This document shows, piece by piece, positions 31,361 through 34,414 of a stretch of DNA of 34,414 bases. Below the pieces are notes generated by a model. That model searched no databases and had not been told where the DNA came from. It saw only the letters and a list, made by a program, of their open reading frames with translations. A program made the translations under genes and the position numbers. The DNA comes from Octopus sinensis (lineage: Eukaryota). How positions within the stretch are numbered: position 1 is the stretch's first letter; each line of letters starts with the position of its first letter. Location: NCBI RefSeq assembly GCF_006345805.1, contig NW_021831711.1, positions 1 through 34,414 of the forward strand, read 5' to 3'.

Positions 31361-32954
31361 TTTTATAATTAAAAATGAAACAGATGAATTAAACAGCAGA
31401 TAATGACGAGATCCGCTTAAATTGCCAAATTCTTAAAATACCTAAGTGAAGAAATCAAAATAGTGCTGTTTTAACAAATTATGAGGAATTTATTTTTGAT
31501 AGAATGTCATCAGTAAAATTTACCCTATCATGAACACAATAAACCTTATTACAAAATTATACAAGCTTAATTGAAGTTTCGGCTGATCGGTAAATTATTA
31601 AAATTTAATGTCTCAAGAAATGGAATAGAATAAAAAACAGTAATTATTTGATACATCAATCATAACAAATATTCTGTTGCAACACATTGCTCTTCCAGGT
31701 GATTATTTCCAGTTAATTGGCTTGCACCATTGCATTAATCAAATTAAACTTTCAGTTTTAATCAAATATTCTAATACTAAAGTGGATCAATTCATTCGAT
31801 CAGATCTATTTCTCAAAACATTTGGAACGTTTTGACAAAATGAGAAATCCTAATGTAAAATAAAGAGAAAAGTATCAATAATGGAATTCCTAAATCTCGT
31901 ATAACTCAAGATGTTGAATAGTAAAGTTGAAGTTCTATTTAATAAGTTAGATATTTTCATCGTTCATAACTTAAGCGAGGATTGGCACAAATCTTTTGAC
32001 CGTCTAGCAGAATACATTGCGTTCTGACACACGGCAATCTGACTTCAAATCCCGCCAAGGTCAACCTTGGATCATTCATTTTCGAGATCAATAAAGAACC
32101 ATAACAGTTCAATGAACAAATGCAACTATGAGGACGTCGAATATACCTTGCAGTATATTGTGCAGTTGTTTGTGATCTGAGTTAAAATCCCACACTTTTT
32201 ATTTTACCGATTTTGGAGAAAGGATCAGACAAGTTTTATAACTCCTGCAAGATCTCCAATACTTGTGAGGCAGTATTAATATTCCGTTTGAGCTGTTGCA
32301 GGTCAACCTTTACAGGAATGATGAACAGGGATACTCTTCAGGAGATGAAGGATTTAGCATAGGTAGTTAATAATGGGAACAAACTGAGGTTTAATACAGC
32401 AAGAGTAAGGAGCAAAGGGCTAAACAAAGACTAAAAATCTAAGGCAATGTATGTTGTCACATCCCTTTTTTTAAATAACACCCTTAGCCAGTTAAATCAC
32501 CATGTAAGGTTGTTCTCCTTTGTAGCACATAACTCCCCACTCTACCATCACCTGTTCTATTAATAAATCCCTTTCCATTTCTGTTATGTTTTCCTTCCTA
32601 GTCTATTATTTCAGTCTTGAGGTTTTGGGGGTTTATATAGTTTTGTGAAGAACTTTTATGCATCAATTATGCAAAGGAAATGAGTTTACTTTTGCAAAGA
32701 TAAATTACTTTTTACAGTAAAGTGTAATAACAAATGGAATGCTCATTGGACAGAAACAAGAAATTTATAAATAAAGCTGACTTCTGAGATGATAAAAATA
32801 TCTTCCACTGAATACTGATGTTGCAACGAAGGCTTTGTAAAATCTAATTCAAATCACAAATATTTCGAACATCCATTCTTTTCTCATATTTTACATGCAT
32901 GAGTGTTTTTCATTCATACTTTACGTAGTGACTTAAATCTGTTTTATATCTTAT

Positions 32955-33722
32955 ATAATAAAATATCCGAAAATGCAAACAGAACCTTCCTGAAGAAGAA
33001 AAGAAAGCCTTACAAACTGCAAATTGACAATTCAATCATCCTAAAAGAAACCGATTGGGGAAGGGTGATAGCAGTCACGGACCAAGACTACTATAAAGAT
33101 AAAATATTGGAAACAGACCAATCCTGCTACAAGGAAGAACCAAGACACCCGGAGAAAGTAATAATGAATACACTCAAAAGTCTGATAAATGAATACCAAC
33201 GTTCGTTCACAGATAAAGAGAAAGATTATTTATGCAGCTCTGTAATGAAAGAGAGTAATTTCTATGGATCACCCAAGATCCACGAATGCTCCAAAATGCA
33301 AGGATCAGCATATAAAAGTACTAAGACCTACTGACATCAAATTGAGACCAACAGTTGCTGGACCTTGAGCCCCAACACAAAAACTGAGCCATCTTTTGGA
33401 TATACTCCTCAAAGCGTTATGCCTATTAATAGCCAGCTATACCCGAGACGATAAGGATTTCCTCAAACACATTCAACCCACTGTCCCAGAACGTATTATA
33501 CTTACAAGCTTTGACTAATCTTTGTACTAATACATCACACTTTGGGCCTGGAAGCAATCAAACACTGGGTAGAAAAACATAGCGGACGGATGGGCGAACG
33601 CTTCAAAACGCATTTCCAAAGACACACGCCGGGAACTAGAAGACAACACCTTTAGATTCGATAATAAACTATATCGACAGATAAAAAGGACATCACTACG
33701 GGGACGAGGTTCGCACACATTC
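32955..33722 (+). mobile_element. Penelope-like RT fragment (second type), decayed, truncated before YxDD
   Basis: DNSIILKETDW..DQDYYKDKI..SNFYGSPKIH..KLRP.VAGP..LSHLLDILLK..GLEAIK.W..NTFRFDNKLYRQIKG..GTRFA. Confidence 0.85.
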
Positions 33723-33914
33723 CTACACCCAGAGGTAGATATACATATGTGTGTATATTTCTGAGTGTATATGTGTGTATGTGCGTATATGTGCATACAT
33801 GTGCGTGTATGTATGTGGAGGTGTGTGTTGGTACAGAGAGACGCGAAGCGGATACTCGAGGTTGTGCAAGTCAAGTAGGAAATAAACACGAAACGGCTTC
33901 CACATTAAGACATT

Positions 33915-34414
33915 CTTCTCCTCCTGCTTCTTCTTCTTCTCCTTCTTCGTCTTCTACTTCTTCTTCTCCGTCTTCTTCTTCTTCTCTTCTTCTTCTTCTT
34001 CGTCTTCTTCTTCTTCTTCTTCTTCTTCTTCTGTCTTTCAATACTTTTTTGGTTTTCATCTTGAACACCTTCATTTTCCATGTCTTCTTCTTCTCCTTCT
34101 TCTTCGTTATCTTTCTTCTTTTTCTTCCTTTCATTCTGAAGTCACAGTGTTTGATGTCGTATCACAAATATTTATTTTTCTTCTCCTTCGCCTCCTCCTC
34201 CTCCTTCTTCTTGTTTCTCGCCTCCTCCTCCTCCTTCTTCTTCTTTCTCGCCTCCTCCTCCTCCTCCTTCTTCTTCTTCTTCTTTTTCTTCTTTTTCTTC
34301 TTCTTCTTCCTCTTCTTCTTCTTCACTTTTTCTTCTTTTTGTCTTCTTCTTCCTCTTCTGCTCCTTCTTATTCTTTTTCTTCGCCTCCTCCTCCTCCTCC
34401 TTCTTCTTCTTCAC
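33915..34414. repeat. (CTT)n/(CCT)n polypyrimidine low-complexity region
   Basis: Direct reading; the Glu/Lys/Gly-rich ORFs here are artefacts of the repeat. Confidence 0.95.

Noticed and set aside
32290-32365. Possible 61-nt exon with a PDZ-like GFSI peptide
   Set aside because: Weak splice signals, no supporting neighbouring exons and too short to call.
33871-34414. Glu/Lys/Arg/Gly-rich ORFs
   Set aside because: Low-complexity (CTT)n/(CCT)n translations.

Overview
Eukaryotic, AT-rich, microsatellite-dense window made almost entirely of decayed transposable elements. The SINE/MITE families look like those I recall from octopus genomes; this host call is recall-based inference, not a search. 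I find no intact host protein-coding gene, and most ORFs in the track are microsatellite artefacts or TE remnants. TE content: CR1-group LINE 3' ends (two with a tandemly amplified 121-123 bp terminal segment), two R4/Dong-like RLE retrotransposon ends lying in (AAT)n tracts, L1/Tx1-like fragments (ORF1, APE, RT, C-terminus), Penelope-like elements of two types, a Charlie-type hAT, a mariner, a solo LTR, several tRNA-SINEs and three copies of an unclassified 554-bp (AAT)n-associated element. The 4.4-16 kb region is a mosaic of local segmental duplications, and 20.5-26.4 kb is a multi-level nest of TEs. The most interesting signals are the (AAT)n-associated 554-bp element stacked with the R4/Dong-like element, a fold-back 5' junction, the microhomology-bounded LINE 3'-end amplification, hammerhead-ribozyme-like motifs and a candidate spliced non-coding or pseudogenic unit near 30-31 kb. 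Many element boundaries are approximate because they were read by eye.
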